From the IMG/VR virus record IMGVR_UViG_3300045988_145890: DNA of 48,744 nt. One strand, written 5' to 3'. This document shows, one piece after another, positions 17,169 through 26,834 of the stretch (position 1 is its first letter; every line of letters begins with the position of its first letter). Made by a program: the position numbers and the translations under genes. This DNA is from a virus. The notes beneath the pieces are model-generated. The model saw nothing but the letters and a program-made list of their open reading frames with translations. It did no database searches and was not told the DNA's origin.

Positions 17169-18218
17169 ATGACAATTTTTGAATTAGTAACGTCAGATCA
17201 AATTACAGCTTATTGGGAGACACAAGCTCAGAACAGAGCACCTTATCTTGGTGAGGAGTTGTTCCCATCACAGCAAAAGTTAGGCTTAAATATCAAATGG
17301 ATCAAAGGATCTCAGGGATTGCCGGTTGTATTAAAACCTTCAGCATATGATGTAGCTGCTAAGAAGAGAGATCGAATTGGATTCGATAAGTTAAGTATGG
17401 ATATGCCATTCTTCAAAGAGGCTACATACATTGATGAGGAACTTCGTCAGGAATTAAACAAGGTGCTTGAGACAGGCAATCAGGCTTATATTGATTCTAT
17501 TATGAATCAGGTATTCAATGACACGACGAACCTTTTGGAAGGTGCAGCTGCACAGCGTGAGCGTATGAGAATGATGGCTCTAACAACTGGTAAGATCAGC
17601 ATGAAGGCAAATGGCCAGAATTATGATTATGATTACGGTGTTCCTAATAATCACATGATTAATTCTACAAAAGCATGGTCTGATCCAACAGCTACAATTA
17701 TCGATGATATTCGTGATCTTATGTATCTTATTGAGGACGAGACCGGTATTCTCCCTGAAAGAGCAGTATGTTCAAGAAAGACATTCGGTTATATCAGAAA
17801 GAATAATGAGATTCGTCAGGCAATTCTTGGAAGTGATGCTACAGCTCCAGTATCTGATACAAAGATTATGGATTACATTATGGATGAGTTAAAGCTGGAT
17901 GTTGTAGTTTATAACAAGAAAGCAAAGGATGAGAAGGGAATTGAGTTCCAGTATGTTGCAGATGATACATTCGTTATCTTCCCGCAAGGCAAGTTAGGAA
18001 CTGGATGGTTCGGCACAACACCTGAGCAATCAGATCTTATGGCTGGTTCTGCTGCTAATGTATCAATTACAGATACAGGTGTTGCAGTTACTACATCAAA
18101 GAAAATTGATCCGGTTAACGTCGAGACAAAAGTGTCTATGATTTACTTACCTTCATTCGAGACAGCAAATCAGGTTGGTATCATTGATGTAACTGGTGCT
18201 CAATTGGAGGTAATATAA
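17169..18218 (+). CDS. major capsid protein (lambda gpE-like family)
   Basis: 349 aa. Position, size and the N-terminal ...YLGEELFPSQ... pattern are typical of E-type capsid proteins. Confidence 0.75.
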   Translation: MTIFELVTSDQITAYWETQAQNRAPYLGEELFPSQQKLGLNIKWIKGSQGLPVVLKPSAYDVAAKKRDRIGFDKLSMDMPFFKEATYIDEELRQELNKVLETGNQAYIDSIMNQVFNDTTNLLEGAAAQRERMRMMALTTGKISMKANGQNYDYDYGVPNNHMINSTKAWSDPTATIIDDIRDLMYLIEDETGILPERAVCSRKTFGYIRKNNEIRQAILGSDATAPVSDTKIMDYIMDELKLDVVVYNKKAKDEKGIEFQYVADDTFVIFPQGKLGTGWFGTTPEQSDLMAGSAANVSITDTGVAVTTSKKIDPVNVETKVSMIYLPSFETANQVGIIDVTGAQLEVI

Positions 18219-18219
18219 C

Positions 18220-18582
18220 ATGGCAATGGTAATTATTGAAAGAGACGGAAAGCAAGCAAAGGTTTCATATGGTTCATTTAAGAACAGTTTTGAAAAGCTT
18301 GGCTGGAGGATCTCAGGTGCTTCAAAAAGCAAACTTCATAAGTTGCCTAAGGAAAATACCAATGGAGAGGTAAAAACCTCTCCTGAGGCAAATGGTAAAT
18401 CCAAGAAGGCATCTGAGGCAAAGGACGAATGGGATGCTGCTGATGAAGAGCTTGAGATGGAAAAGTCCATTGATGAGATGGACATGAGTGAGCTTAAGAA
18501 GTTTGCCGAATCTAAAGGAATCAATACGAAAGAGCTGAAGACTGTAGGTGCTTTAAAGAAAGCTATTAAAGCGGTAATGTAA
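18220..18582 (+). CDS. HeH (Rho_N-like) motif protein
   Basis: 120 aa. C-terminal MSELKKFAESKGINTKELKTVGALKKAIKAV. Confidence 0.55.
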   Translation: MAMVIIERDGKQAKVSYGSFKNSFEKLGWRISGASKSKLHKLPKENTNGEVKTSPEANGKSKKASEAKDEWDAADEELEMEKSIDEMDMSELKKFAESKGINTKELKTVGALKKAIKAVM

Positions 18583-18594
18583 GGAGGTGGCCAT

Positions 18595-18858
18595 ATGGCA
18601 GAACTTTCCAAGCAGGATCGTATCAAAAAACTTCTTAGAGAAGAGGAATGTCCATTTTTTGCAGATGGAGACATAGAGTTCTATTTGTCAGAAAATGGTG
18701 ACAATGTTAACGAGACATTGTACCAAATGTTTTTGATAAAGGCAGAAGATACAACATTAAGTGTATCAGGATTGAATTGCGCAGATACTTCAAAATATTT
18801 TAGAAGGCTTGCGCAAAGATACAGGCAGAACAATTCAGGGCAATTGAAAGGAGGTTGA
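18595..18858 (+). CDS. head-tail connector/adaptor (putative)
   Basis: 87 aa. Call based on position only. Confidence 0.4.
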   Translation: MAELSKQDRIKKLLREEECPFFADGDIEFYLSENGDNVNETLYQMFLIKAEDTTLSVSGLNCADTSKYFRRLAQRYRQNNSGQLKGG

Positions 18859-18863
18859 TGTAT

Positions 18864-19229
18864 ATGAAAGCATCAAACTTCCTTTTACATCGTTTACAAG
18901 TACAGCTTAATATGAGAGGTATTGAGTATGTATTCAGTAGACAAGCACTGGACAAGTTTGGACAGCCAATTGAGGGCGAAGATGATGAAAATGTTATTGT
19001 AGGTATTTATCACGAATCTAATTCTTATATTCAGACGACAGGTGGAAATGCAACAGTAATACGTACAAGAAAAAGCCCAATGATTTTATGTTTGTTCGCA
19101 GATGGTGATAAAATTAAGCAAGGTGATAGGATAGTTATAAACGAAAAAACATATAAGGTTTCTGGTGTTTTGGACATTCAAAATTATCATATTGCGGCAG
19201 ATATATCGCTTGAGGAGGTGCTTGAGTAA
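18864..19229 (+). CDS. head closure protein (SPP1 gp16/HK97 gp9-like, putative)
   Basis: ATG 18864 lies 9 nt after AAAGGAGG. The C-terminal GDRIVINEKTYKVSGVLD pattern is typical of this family. Confidence 0.5.
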   Translation: MKASNFLLHRLQVQLNMRGIEYVFSRQALDKFGQPIEGEDDENVIVGIYHESNSYIQTTGGNATVIRTRKSPMILCLFADGDKIKQGDRIVINEKTYKVSGVLDIQNYHIAADISLEEVLE

Positions 19230-19591
19230 TGCCAGAATTTGAATGGGATATGAACATTGAAAATTTAAAAAATGGTATTGTAGCAGTTGATAAAAAAGCA
19301 CAAGCTGCTGTAGAAATGTATGCAAAAAATCAGGCTAAAATGCTTGAATCGTATGCTAAGCAAAAAGCACCTTGGACGGATAGAACAGGAATGGCTAGGA
19401 AGTCATTGAATGCAACGACAGAAAAAAAAGAAAATGGAATAAGGATAACATTAGCACATGGTGTTGATTATGGTTTGTGGTTAGAGTTGGCACATGAGAA
19501 AAGGTTTGCTATCGTAAAGCCTACAATTGAGCTTAAAGGCAATGATGTATTGAAGGGCTATGCAAACTTACTTGGTAAGATTGGGTATTAA
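19229..19591 (+). CDS. HK97 gp10-like tail-completion protein (putative)
   Basis: 120 aa. Supported by the GVDYGLWLELAHEKRFAIVKPT motif and by position. Confidence 0.5.
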   Translation: MPEFEWDMNIENLKNGIVAVDKKAQAAVEMYAKNQAKMLESYAKQKAPWTDRTGMARKSLNATTEKKENGIRITLAHGVDYGLWLELAHEKRFAIVKPTIELKGNDVLKGYANLLGKIGY

Positions 19592-19604
19592 GGAGGTATG
19601 TTAG

Positions 19605-19967
19605 ATGTCAGTATACGAAAAAGCATATGATAGCTTTAAAGAGGCAGGACTTAAAACATATGTACCAAATACCCATAAAGGTGATGTAACGGAGCAATAT
19701 ATTGTTTTGTTGGATGGTGGTAGAACACAAACTAATAATTTTTCGTCACAAACAGTTTTGCTCGATGTACTATGCTATGTTCCTGGAAATCGTTTTACAG
19801 ATTTAGATATTCTTGCCGATGAAGTAAAGAATGCGGCAAAAAATAAATTATTTCCATTGTTGATACCAACAGGAAATGAAACACAAGCGTATTACGATGA
19901 TTCAATAAATGGGTGGATGAAATCTGTTGAATATCGTTATACAGTTAGAAATAGAAGTTTAAGATAA
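19605..19967 (+). CDS. tail terminator (putative)
   Basis: 120 aa. Lies immediately upstream of the major tail gene. Confidence 0.4.
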   Translation: MSVYEKAYDSFKEAGLKTYVPNTHKGDVTEQYIVLLDGGRTQTNNFSSQTVLLDVLCYVPGNRFTDLDILADEVKNAAKNKLFPLLIPTGNETQAYYDDSINGWMKSVEYRYTVRNRSLR

Positions 19968-19980
19968 GGAGGACAATAAA

Positions 19981-20586
19981 ATGGCAGAACCAAAAAGAGG
20001 TACAGAAGTTGCTATGATTGATGCATGCCTTGTTGTTATGAGGACAAAAGGAGAAACTGAACAGCAACTTGCACTAGATACAGCGTCTCAAGTTGAAGTT
20101 GCAATTGCTACAGAAACGACGGATGCGGTAAAACTTATTGTTAAAGGTAAGTTAATTGCTCAAAAGAAAGCTGTAACTACTGTTACCGGTAATACATTAA
20201 CATTAACAGATAATGTATTTAACTTTGAGCAGGCGAAAATTATTCAGGGTGGTACGTTGTACTATTGGACAGATAACGATCACACTTCTACACAGACAAC
20301 AAAAACAGAGTTTGGAATTGCAGGGTATGAACCACCTGTTGCTGGAAGCGCAGAAAAAGGGGAAGTATTTGACCTTGATCTTTATTCGGCAGTATATGAT
20401 ACCTCTGGTGATATTGTTCAGTATGAGAAGATTTCTTATCCGAATTGTACAGGACAGCCATTTGGTGTTGGTGCTCAGGATGATACATTTAATGTTAATG
20501 CAATCACAATTGATAGTGCTCCACCAAAAGGAAAGGCACCATATTCGATTATGACTGTTAAAGAACTTCCTGCAATTGCAGAGTAG
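19981..20586 (+). CDS. major tail protein
   Basis: 201 aa. Lies before the chaperone pair and the tape measure gene. Confidence 0.55.
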   Translation: MAEPKRGTEVAMIDACLVVMRTKGETEQQLALDTASQVEVAIATETTDAVKLIVKGKLIAQKKAVTTVTGNTLTLTDNVFNFEQAKIIQGGTLYYWTDNDHTSTQTTKTEFGIAGYEPPVAGSAEKGEVFDLDLYSAVYDTSGDIVQYEKISYPNCTGQPFGVGAQDDTFNVNAITIDSAPPKGKAPYSIMTVKELPAIAE

Positions 20587-20604
20587 TAAAAGGAGAAAAT
20601 AAAA

Positions 20605-21060
20605 ATGGCAAAAGATCAATTAAAAGTTACATCGATAAGTACCTTGAAAGGTTACATGAAAGGATCTCTTGTAAAGTTGCCAAGTTTTGGAGATGGCCAG
20701 GATTTCGTTGCAAGATTGAAAAGACCTTCGTTACTGGATATGATGAGAACTGGGCAGATTCCAAATGAACTTCTTTCCTCGGCATCTGATTTGTTTGCCG
20801 AAGGTACAGGTTCGTTTGTATCTGACAAAGATAATATGTCAAAATTGTATGATGTTATGGATAAGCTTTGTGAAGCCACATTCGTAGAACCATCGTATGA
20901 TGAAATGAAAGAAGCTGAAATCAAACTTACAGATGAACAGTTGATTTTCATTTTTGATTATTCGCAGAATGGGGTGAAAGCTCTTGATTCCTTTCGTCAG
21001 GAGCAAAGAGATATTGTCGATGATACAATTGAGCAAACTTTATCAGATACGACCGAGTAA
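20605..21060 (+). CDS. tail assembly chaperone
   Basis: 151 aa, acidic. Directly upstream of the tape measure, with an overlapping second ORF. Confidence 0.6.
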   Translation: MAKDQLKVTSISTLKGYMKGSLVKLPSFGDGQDFVARLKRPSLLDMMRTGQIPNELLSSASDLFAEGTGSFVSDKDNMSKLYDVMDKLCEATFVEPSYDEMKEAEIKLTDEQLIFIFDYSQNGVKALDSFRQEQRDIVDDTIEQTLSDTTE

Positions 21061-21247
21061 AATTGCGGGAATTGAAGATACTTATGTAGCATATTGTTTT
21101 GATGAAGCTTGTGCATATATTCAAATTCGCATAGATAACGAAGAAAAGCCAGTCTTTGATAAGATTGATGATGATAAAAAAAGTAAAAAAAGAATAAAAA
21201 AGAATCAAAGAATGTTACCGAGTGAAATATATGAAAGGTATAAGTGA
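20984..21247 (+). CDS. second tail chaperone ORF, overlapping in the +1 frame
   Basis: Frame is open only from 20978. Contains YVAYCFDEACAYI, a pattern common in Firmicutes phage chaperones. Possible starts are TTG 20984 or ATG 21020, or it is reached by frameshifting. Confidence 0.5.
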   Translation: MIPFVRSKEILSMIQLSKLYQIRPSKIAGIEDTYVAYCFDEACAYIQIRIDNEEKPVFDKIDDDKKSKKRIKKNQRMLPSEIYERYK

Positions 21248-21258
21248 GGTGATAAAGA

Positions 21259-24200
21259 GTGGCAGTAAATCTTGGTACAGCAGTTGGTTATTTGGATTTA
21301 GATACTTCTAAATTTCAAAAAGGTTTTAAAAGTGCATTAACGTCTGTGAATGAATTCAAAAATGGTTCTAGTGGAGTAAGTAGTGCACTTAAAGGAGTAG
21401 GATCAGCTATGACGTCTGTCGGAAAAGATATGACGTTAAAAGTTAGTGCTCCGCTTGTTGCCGTAGGTGCTGCCGCTGTTAAAGCCTCATCATCTTTGGA
21501 AAAAGGGTTGTCGAAAGTTAAGGCTATTTCTGGTGCAACATCCAGTGATATGGTTATGCTTAAAGACAAAGCAATTGAAATGGGTGCCAAGACAAAATTC
21601 TCAGCTTCTGAAGCGGCGGATGCTTTTACATATATGGCAATGGCCGGCTGGAAGACGAAAGACATGATGGATGGTATCGATGGTATCATGAATCTTTCAG
21701 CTGCAGATGGTTTGGATTTAGCAACTACGTCTGATATTGTAACAGATGCTATTACGGCATTTGGATTGTCAGCCAAAGATTCTACGCATTTTGCAGATGT
21801 ATTAGCAGCTGCGTCAAGTAATGCAAATACAAATGTGTCAATGTTAGGTGAATCGTTTAAATATGTAGGTCCAGTTGCAGGTGCTATGGGATATTCTGTT
21901 GAAGATGTTTCTACTGCATTAGGTTTGATGGCAAATAGTGGTATTAAAGCATCTGCTGCTGGTACTTCTCTAAGAACGTTACTTACGAATATGGCAAAAC
22001 CGACAGATGATATGGCAGCAGCTATGGATGCATTAGGAATAAGCCTTTCAGATAGCTCAGGTAAAGTAAAACCATTGGGACAGTTGATGGATGAATTGAG
22101 AGATCACTTTACAAATGGTGTCATTAGTTCTGATGAATTTACAAAACAATTATTTAAGTTGAATAATGCCTGGGCTGATGGTAAAATAAAAGACGAAGAT
22201 TACAATGAATCTTTGAAAGATTTGATGGCTTCTGCTTATGGAGTAGAAGGAGCAGAGAGAGCCAAGTATGCCGCTACTTTAGCAGGCAAAGAAGGAATGG
22301 CTGGATTGCTTGCTATATTGAATACTTCTGATGAAGACTATAAAAAGTTAAAAACATCTATTGATGGAGCTTCAGATGCATATAACGGTCAAGGTACAGC
22401 AGCTGGTATGGCGCAGACTATGTTGGATAACTTAGATGGACAAGTTACTATTTTGAAGTCAACTTTGGAATCATTAGCAATTTCAATTGGTGATATGTTA
22501 TTGCCATACATTAAATCATTTGTTGCATGGTTGCAGTCACTTGTTGAGTGGTTAAATGGTCTTGATGATGGACAGAAGAGAACGTTGATTAGGATAGCAG
22601 CCATAGTTGCAGCAATAGGTCCATTGTTAATAATCGGAGGTAAGGTTGTAAAACTTATATCTACAATAGTTAATGTTGCTACATTTTTTACTACAACAGT
22701 AGTTTCGTGCATAAAGGCAATAGGTATGTTGAAAGCAGGATTCACCGGAGCGGAGCTTGTTCTAGAAGGTTTTTCTAAAGGTATTGTTGGAGTAGCGTCT
22801 AAGTTGGCAATATTAACAGGTCCGGTAGGAATTGTAATTGCAGCAATTGCAGCTTTAGTTGCAGCATTTGTTGTGTTATGGAATAAGTCAGATGCTTTTA
22901 GAAATTTTTGGATAAATCTTTGGAACAAGTTAAAGAGCACTACAAAGGCAATTATTGATGCTATAGCGAAGTTTTTTACAGAAACACTTCCAAACGCATT
23001 GAAGAAAGCTGAAACTTTTGTCAAGAACTTTCCTGAGAATTTTGTGAACTTTATGAAAAATTTGCCAAGTAATGTAGGACTAATTATTGGTAAAGTAGCT
23101 GGTTCAATTGCTAGTTTTGCTGTCAATATAGCAAAGAAAGGAGCTGAAGCTGGTAAAAAATTTGTAGAAAATGTTGTAAAATTCTTTAAAAATTTGCCTA
23201 AAAACGTAGCGGCATTTTTGACAAATGTAGTAACAAGTTCAATCAAGTTTGTTAAGGAGTTTCCGGAAAAAGCAAGAGAAGCATCAAAGAAGTTTGGTAA
23301 TATGCTTATAAATGGTTTAAAAAGTTTGCCAGGAAAGATGCTTAGTATTGGTAAGAATATCATCGATGGTATCGTCAAAGGAATTAAAAATGCATGGGGA
23401 AGTGCAAAAAAGGCTGTATCTGATTTTGCAGGAGGAGTCGTTGATGGATTTAAGAGTGCTTTTCAAATTCATTCCCCATCAAAGATTATGAAGGAGAAAA
23501 TTGGATATAACATTGTTAATGGTCTCATAGCTGGTGTTAAAGCTAAGAAGGGAGAAGCGAAGAAAGCAGCTTCTGAAGTGTCGCAAGATATTGTGGATGC
23601 AGCTAAGACTAAGTTGGATGTTTTACAGACGTATAACAAAATATCTGAGGAAGGTGAAATTCTTTATTGGCAATCATTATTGGGCCATTTGAAAAAAGGA
23701 TCTAGCGCATATCTTGAAGCATATAAGAGTTATAAAGAAGCAAAGCAAAAGTACAACGAAGAAATCAAGAATATGGAAAGTGAGTACAAAGAAAAAGTTA
23801 CTACTGTATATTCTGATTTGAAAAGTGAAGTCACGGATCTTACTAAAGCATATAAAGATCAGGTTGCAAGTAGGAAAGAGGCACTTTTGTCTTCGTTCAA
23901 GTTGTTTGATAAATATGAGATTAGTACCGACAAGTCTGGAAAAGATTTGACTGATAACTTACAATCTCAGGTTGATGCTTTGCAGCAGTTCAATGGTCAA
24001 ATGGAAAAATTGGAAGGAAGAAAAATCTTACCAAAAAGTCTGATTACAGAATTGAGGGAGCAAGGTATTGCGGCTACAGGTGAATTGACAATGTTGAATG
24101 CCATGACTTCTGATCAATTGAAGCAATATGCCGATTTGTGGAAACAAAGAAATAAACTTGCAAAAGAAGAAGCTGATCGTGAAAATAAAGAGGCATACGA

Positions 24201-24693
24201 TAAACTACAAGGCGATATTGCAAAAGCTCAATCGGCAGCATACAAAAAGCTTGACAAACTTGCTACGCAGTATGAAAAGAAGCTAAAGAAGATGAAAAAT
24301 AATGCTTATGATAGTGCAAATATTGCTGGTAAAAAAACAGTTAAAGGATTGGTTGATGGAATTAACAAAAGTAAAAATAAACTTGAAAAGACATTGGGTG
24401 GTATATTAGATACTGTAAGTTCGTATATGAGCAAGATGAATGCGAAGGTTGCGGATTATAATTCAAAGGCAAATAGCGTAAGTCATTCACATAGGCAAGG
24501 TTTGACGTATGTTCCATATGACGGGTATCAAGCAACATTGCACGAAGGTGAAAGGGTTCTTACAAAAGAAGAAGCAAAGAATCAAACATCTGGTGGTGAT
24601 ACATTCATATTCAATAGTCCAAAAGCAATTGATGAAAGGGAGGCTGCTAGACAAATGAAGTTAGCTAAAAAGCAGTTGGCAATGGATTATTGA
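21259..24693 (+). CDS. tape measure protein
   Basis: 1144 aa. TP901-type core AADAFTYMAMAGWKTKDMMDGIDGIMNLSAADGL, hydrophobic middle, coiled-coil C-terminus. GTG start after GAGGTGA. Confidence 0.9.
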   Translation: MAVNLGTAVGYLDLDTSKFQKGFKSALTSVNEFKNGSSGVSSALKGVGSAMTSVGKDMTLKVSAPLVAVGAAAVKASSSLEKGLSKVKAISGATSSDMVMLKDKAIEMGAKTKFSASEAADAFTYMAMAGWKTKDMMDGIDGIMNLSAADGLDLATTSDIVTDAITAFGLSAKDSTHFADVLAAASSNANTNVSMLGESFKYVGPVAGAMGYSVEDVSTALGLMANSGIKASAAGTSLRTLLTNMAKPTDDMAAAMDALGISLSDSSGKVKPLGQLMDELRDHFTNGVISSDEFTKQLFKLNNAWADGKIKDEDYNESLKDLMASAYGVEGAERAKYAATLAGKEGMAGLLAILNTSDEDYKKLKTSIDGASDAYNGQGTAAGMAQTMLDNLDGQVTILKSTLESLAISIGDMLLPYIKSFVAWLQSLVEWLNGLDDGQKRTLIRIAAIVAAIGPLLIIGGKVVKLISTIVNVATFFTTTVVSCIKAIGMLKAGFTGAELVLEGFSKGIVGVASKLAILTGPVGIVIAAIAALVAAFVVLWNKSDAFRNFWINLWNKLKSTTKAIIDAIAKFFTETLPNALKKAETFVKNFPENFVNFMKNLPSNVGLIIGKVAGSIASFAVNIAKKGAEAGKKFVENVVKFFKNLPKNVAAFLTNVVTSSIKFVKEFPEKAREASKKFGNMLINGLKSLPGKMLSIGKNIIDGIVKGIKNAWGSAKKAVSDFAGGVVDGFKSAFQIHSPSKIMKEKIGYNIVNGLIAGVKAKKGEAKKAASEVSQDIVDAAKTKLDVLQTYNKISEEGEILYWQSLLGHLKKGSSAYLEAYKSYKEAKQKYNEEIKNMESEYKEKVTTVYSDLKSEVTDLTKAYKDQVASRKEALLSSFKLFDKYEISTDKSGKDLTDNLQSQVDALQQFNGQMEKLEGRKILPKSLITELREQGIAATGELTMLNAMTSDQLKQYADLWKQRNKLAKEEADRENKEAYDKLQGDIAKAQSAAYKKLDKLATQYEKKLKKMKNNAYDSANIAGKKTVKGLVDGINKSKNKLEKTLGGILDTVSSYMSKMNAKVADYNSKANSVSHSHRQGLTYVPYDGYQATLHEGERVLTKEEAKNQTSGGDTFIFNSPKAIDEREAARQMKLAKKQLAMDY

Positions 24694-24728
24694 TAATTTG
24701 TAAAGGTGGTGATAAGGTGGTGAGATAA

Positions 24729-25640
24729 ATGGTTGAAAGTATAAAGATAAAAAACTTGGCTACAAATGTTGTGAAAAGCTTTGATATGTCTGAAGCAGAT
24801 TATTTGATTTACGAAGGTGCTATTGATTGGGGTACGGTTGCAGTTAACCATAATACATTTTCATATCCAACACAAATAGGTGCATATATTACAAATACAG
24901 TAATTGGCACTAGAGATATATCTATCAATGGTTGGATAATTGGTGAAACGTTAGACGAGATAGAGAAAAAGAAAAACTCGTTGTCAAGGCTTATCAATCC
25001 GGTTGAACAAGTCACTATTTACGTTGGTAAATATTCCATTTCTGGTAAACCTAGTAGCAATGTTACGTATGGTAAAGAATATGCAGAAAATAATGATGTA
25101 TGTTGCAAATTCTTGATACAGATATTATGTGATTATCCAATGTTTATTTTGACGAATCAATTAACGCCTGAAATTGGTAAAATATTTGGTGGATTTATGT
25201 TTCCTCTGACAATTCCTAAAAATAAAGGCTTGATAATGGGATATAGGCAAAGAAGCCTATTCACTACAATAAATAATCAAGGAAGTATTAGTGTAGGCAT
25301 TAAGATCAAGATATATGCGCATGGAACAGTGAATAACATCGAAATCATAGATGTAAATAGTGGGAAAAAGATAAGAATAAACAAGGTACTAAATAGTGGA
25401 GAAGTTGTTGAAATTGATACTAATGCCGGTAATAGACATGTTTATGGTTTTGTTAATGGAATTGAGCAAGATTATATTCAATATTTTGATTATGATTCAG
25501 AATGGCTACAGTTGCAAACGGGGATAAATACATTGACGTTTAGATCGTATTCAAGTGGTAATATACGAGATGAATCTTATAAAAGGGCAGAGGTTATCAT
25601 TGAGTACAAGTCTGCAAAATATAATATACCGGAGGAGTAA
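24729..25640 (+). CDS. distal tail protein (Dit)
   Basis: 303 aa. First gene after the tape measure. Confidence 0.55.
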   Translation: MVESIKIKNLATNVVKSFDMSEADYLIYEGAIDWGTVAVNHNTFSYPTQIGAYITNTVIGTRDISINGWIIGETLDEIEKKKNSLSRLINPVEQVTIYVGKYSISGKPSSNVTYGKEYAENNDVCCKFLIQILCDYPMFILTNQLTPEIGKIFGGFMFPLTIPKNKGLIMGYRQRSLFTTINNQGSISVGIKIKIYAHGTVNNIEIIDVNSGKKIRINKVLNSGEVVEIDTNAGNRHVYGFVNGIEQDYIQYFDYDSEWLQLQTGINTLTFRSYSSGNIRDESYKRAEVIIEYKSAKYNIPEE

Positions 25641-25643
25641 AAT

Positions 25644-26822
25644 ATGAGGTTGGAAGTATTTGATTTTGAATTGAATCGGTTAGGTCTTATAGAGATTTAT
25701 TCTTCGATAAATTATACACTTAAATTCATTGATGTAGGTAGTTTCGAGTTGAAGTGTGCAATAAACGAGCAGAATGTTAAACTTATTCAGAAGAATCGTT
25801 TTTTATGGATAGAAGATGAAGTATGTGGTATTATTCAGTACATAAGTTCATCTACCGATGATGGTACTATAACTGTGAAGGGCAAACTTGCAAAAGAAAT
25901 GCTGAATTGGCGGTGGGTTTATCCATGCTTTGTGAAGACTGGAGAACCTGCTGCACTGGCTGAAAGTATTGTTAATATTCATTGTGTAAATCCATCTGAA
26001 TCTAAGCGTAAAATGAGAGGGCTTGTAATTGGCAATGCAGGATACGTTATTAACAAGCCACATATAACGTATCAAAAGACAGGAGATACAGTTCTTACTT
26101 CTGTTCAAAATATTTCAACAGCAAACAATCTTGGTTTTGAAATATATTTTAATCCAAGAAATGTAAATCCATTTAAGTTTGTTATGTTAGAAGGGAAAGA
26201 CAGGACAATTGGAAATAAAGACGGAAATAAACCAGTTGTTTTTTCAAGGGATTTCGAAAATATCATATCAGGTAGTTATGAATACAATGATGATAGTTTT
26301 CGCAATATAGCTTTAGTTGCCGGAGAAACTACTGACGGATCTAACAACGAGAATGCAGCAAGGACATTTTTAGTTGTAGATCAAATAGGAAGTGAGAATG
26401 TGTCTAGCTTTTACAGAAAAGAGCTTTACATTGATGCAAGAGACTTACAGTCTGAATACTCAGAAGAAGCAACCACAAAAGATGATGAAGGAAATGATAT
26501 TACAGAAACAGTTCAGAAGAAAATGACTGAGCAGGAGTATAATGCAACATTGTCGAATCGTGGTTTTGAAAAGATGGGAGAAACTTTAGTTGAGGAGTCA
26601 TATGAGTCTCAAATAAGAACAGATGCGAGGACAATATATCAGTTTGGAAAAGATTATACATATGGTGATTATGTTACTGTAATTGATAAAAGTTTGGGAA
26701 TAATGTTAAATGTACAAATAACGGAGATGCAAATTGTTTATGATGCAAATGGTTATGATTATATACCAACTTTTGGGAATAGTGTTCCAACAATACTAAA
26801 AAAAATAAAACGAATAATATAG
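25644..26822 (+). CDS. tail tip protein (siphovirus Gp37-like / Tal)
   Basis: 392 aa. Second gene after the tape measure. N-terminus MRLEVFDFELNRLGLIE is typical of the family. Confidence 0.5.
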   Translation: MRLEVFDFELNRLGLIEIYSSINYTLKFIDVGSFELKCAINEQNVKLIQKNRFLWIEDEVCGIIQYISSSTDDGTITVKGKLAKEMLNWRWVYPCFVKTGEPAALAESIVNIHCVNPSESKRKMRGLVIGNAGYVINKPHITYQKTGDTVLTSVQNISTANNLGFEIYFNPRNVNPFKFVMLEGKDRTIGNKDGNKPVVFSRDFENIISGSYEYNDDSFRNIALVAGETTDGSNNENAARTFLVVDQIGSENVSSFYRKELYIDARDLQSEYSEEATTKDDEGNDITETVQKKMTEQEYNATLSNRGFEKMGETLVEESYESQIRTDARTIYQFGKDYTYGDYVTVIDKSLGIMLNVQITEMQIVYDANGYDYIPTFGNSVPTILKKIKRII

Positions 26823-26834
26823 GTGGTGATAGTA

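Noticed and set aside
22389-23378. 329-aa minus-strand ORF, the longest antisense ORF in the track
   Set aside because: It lies entirely inside the tape measure gene. Its product is low-complexity and hydrophobic, there is no RBS, and every other gene is on the + strand. Long antisense open frames are expected opposite A/K/G-rich coding sequence.
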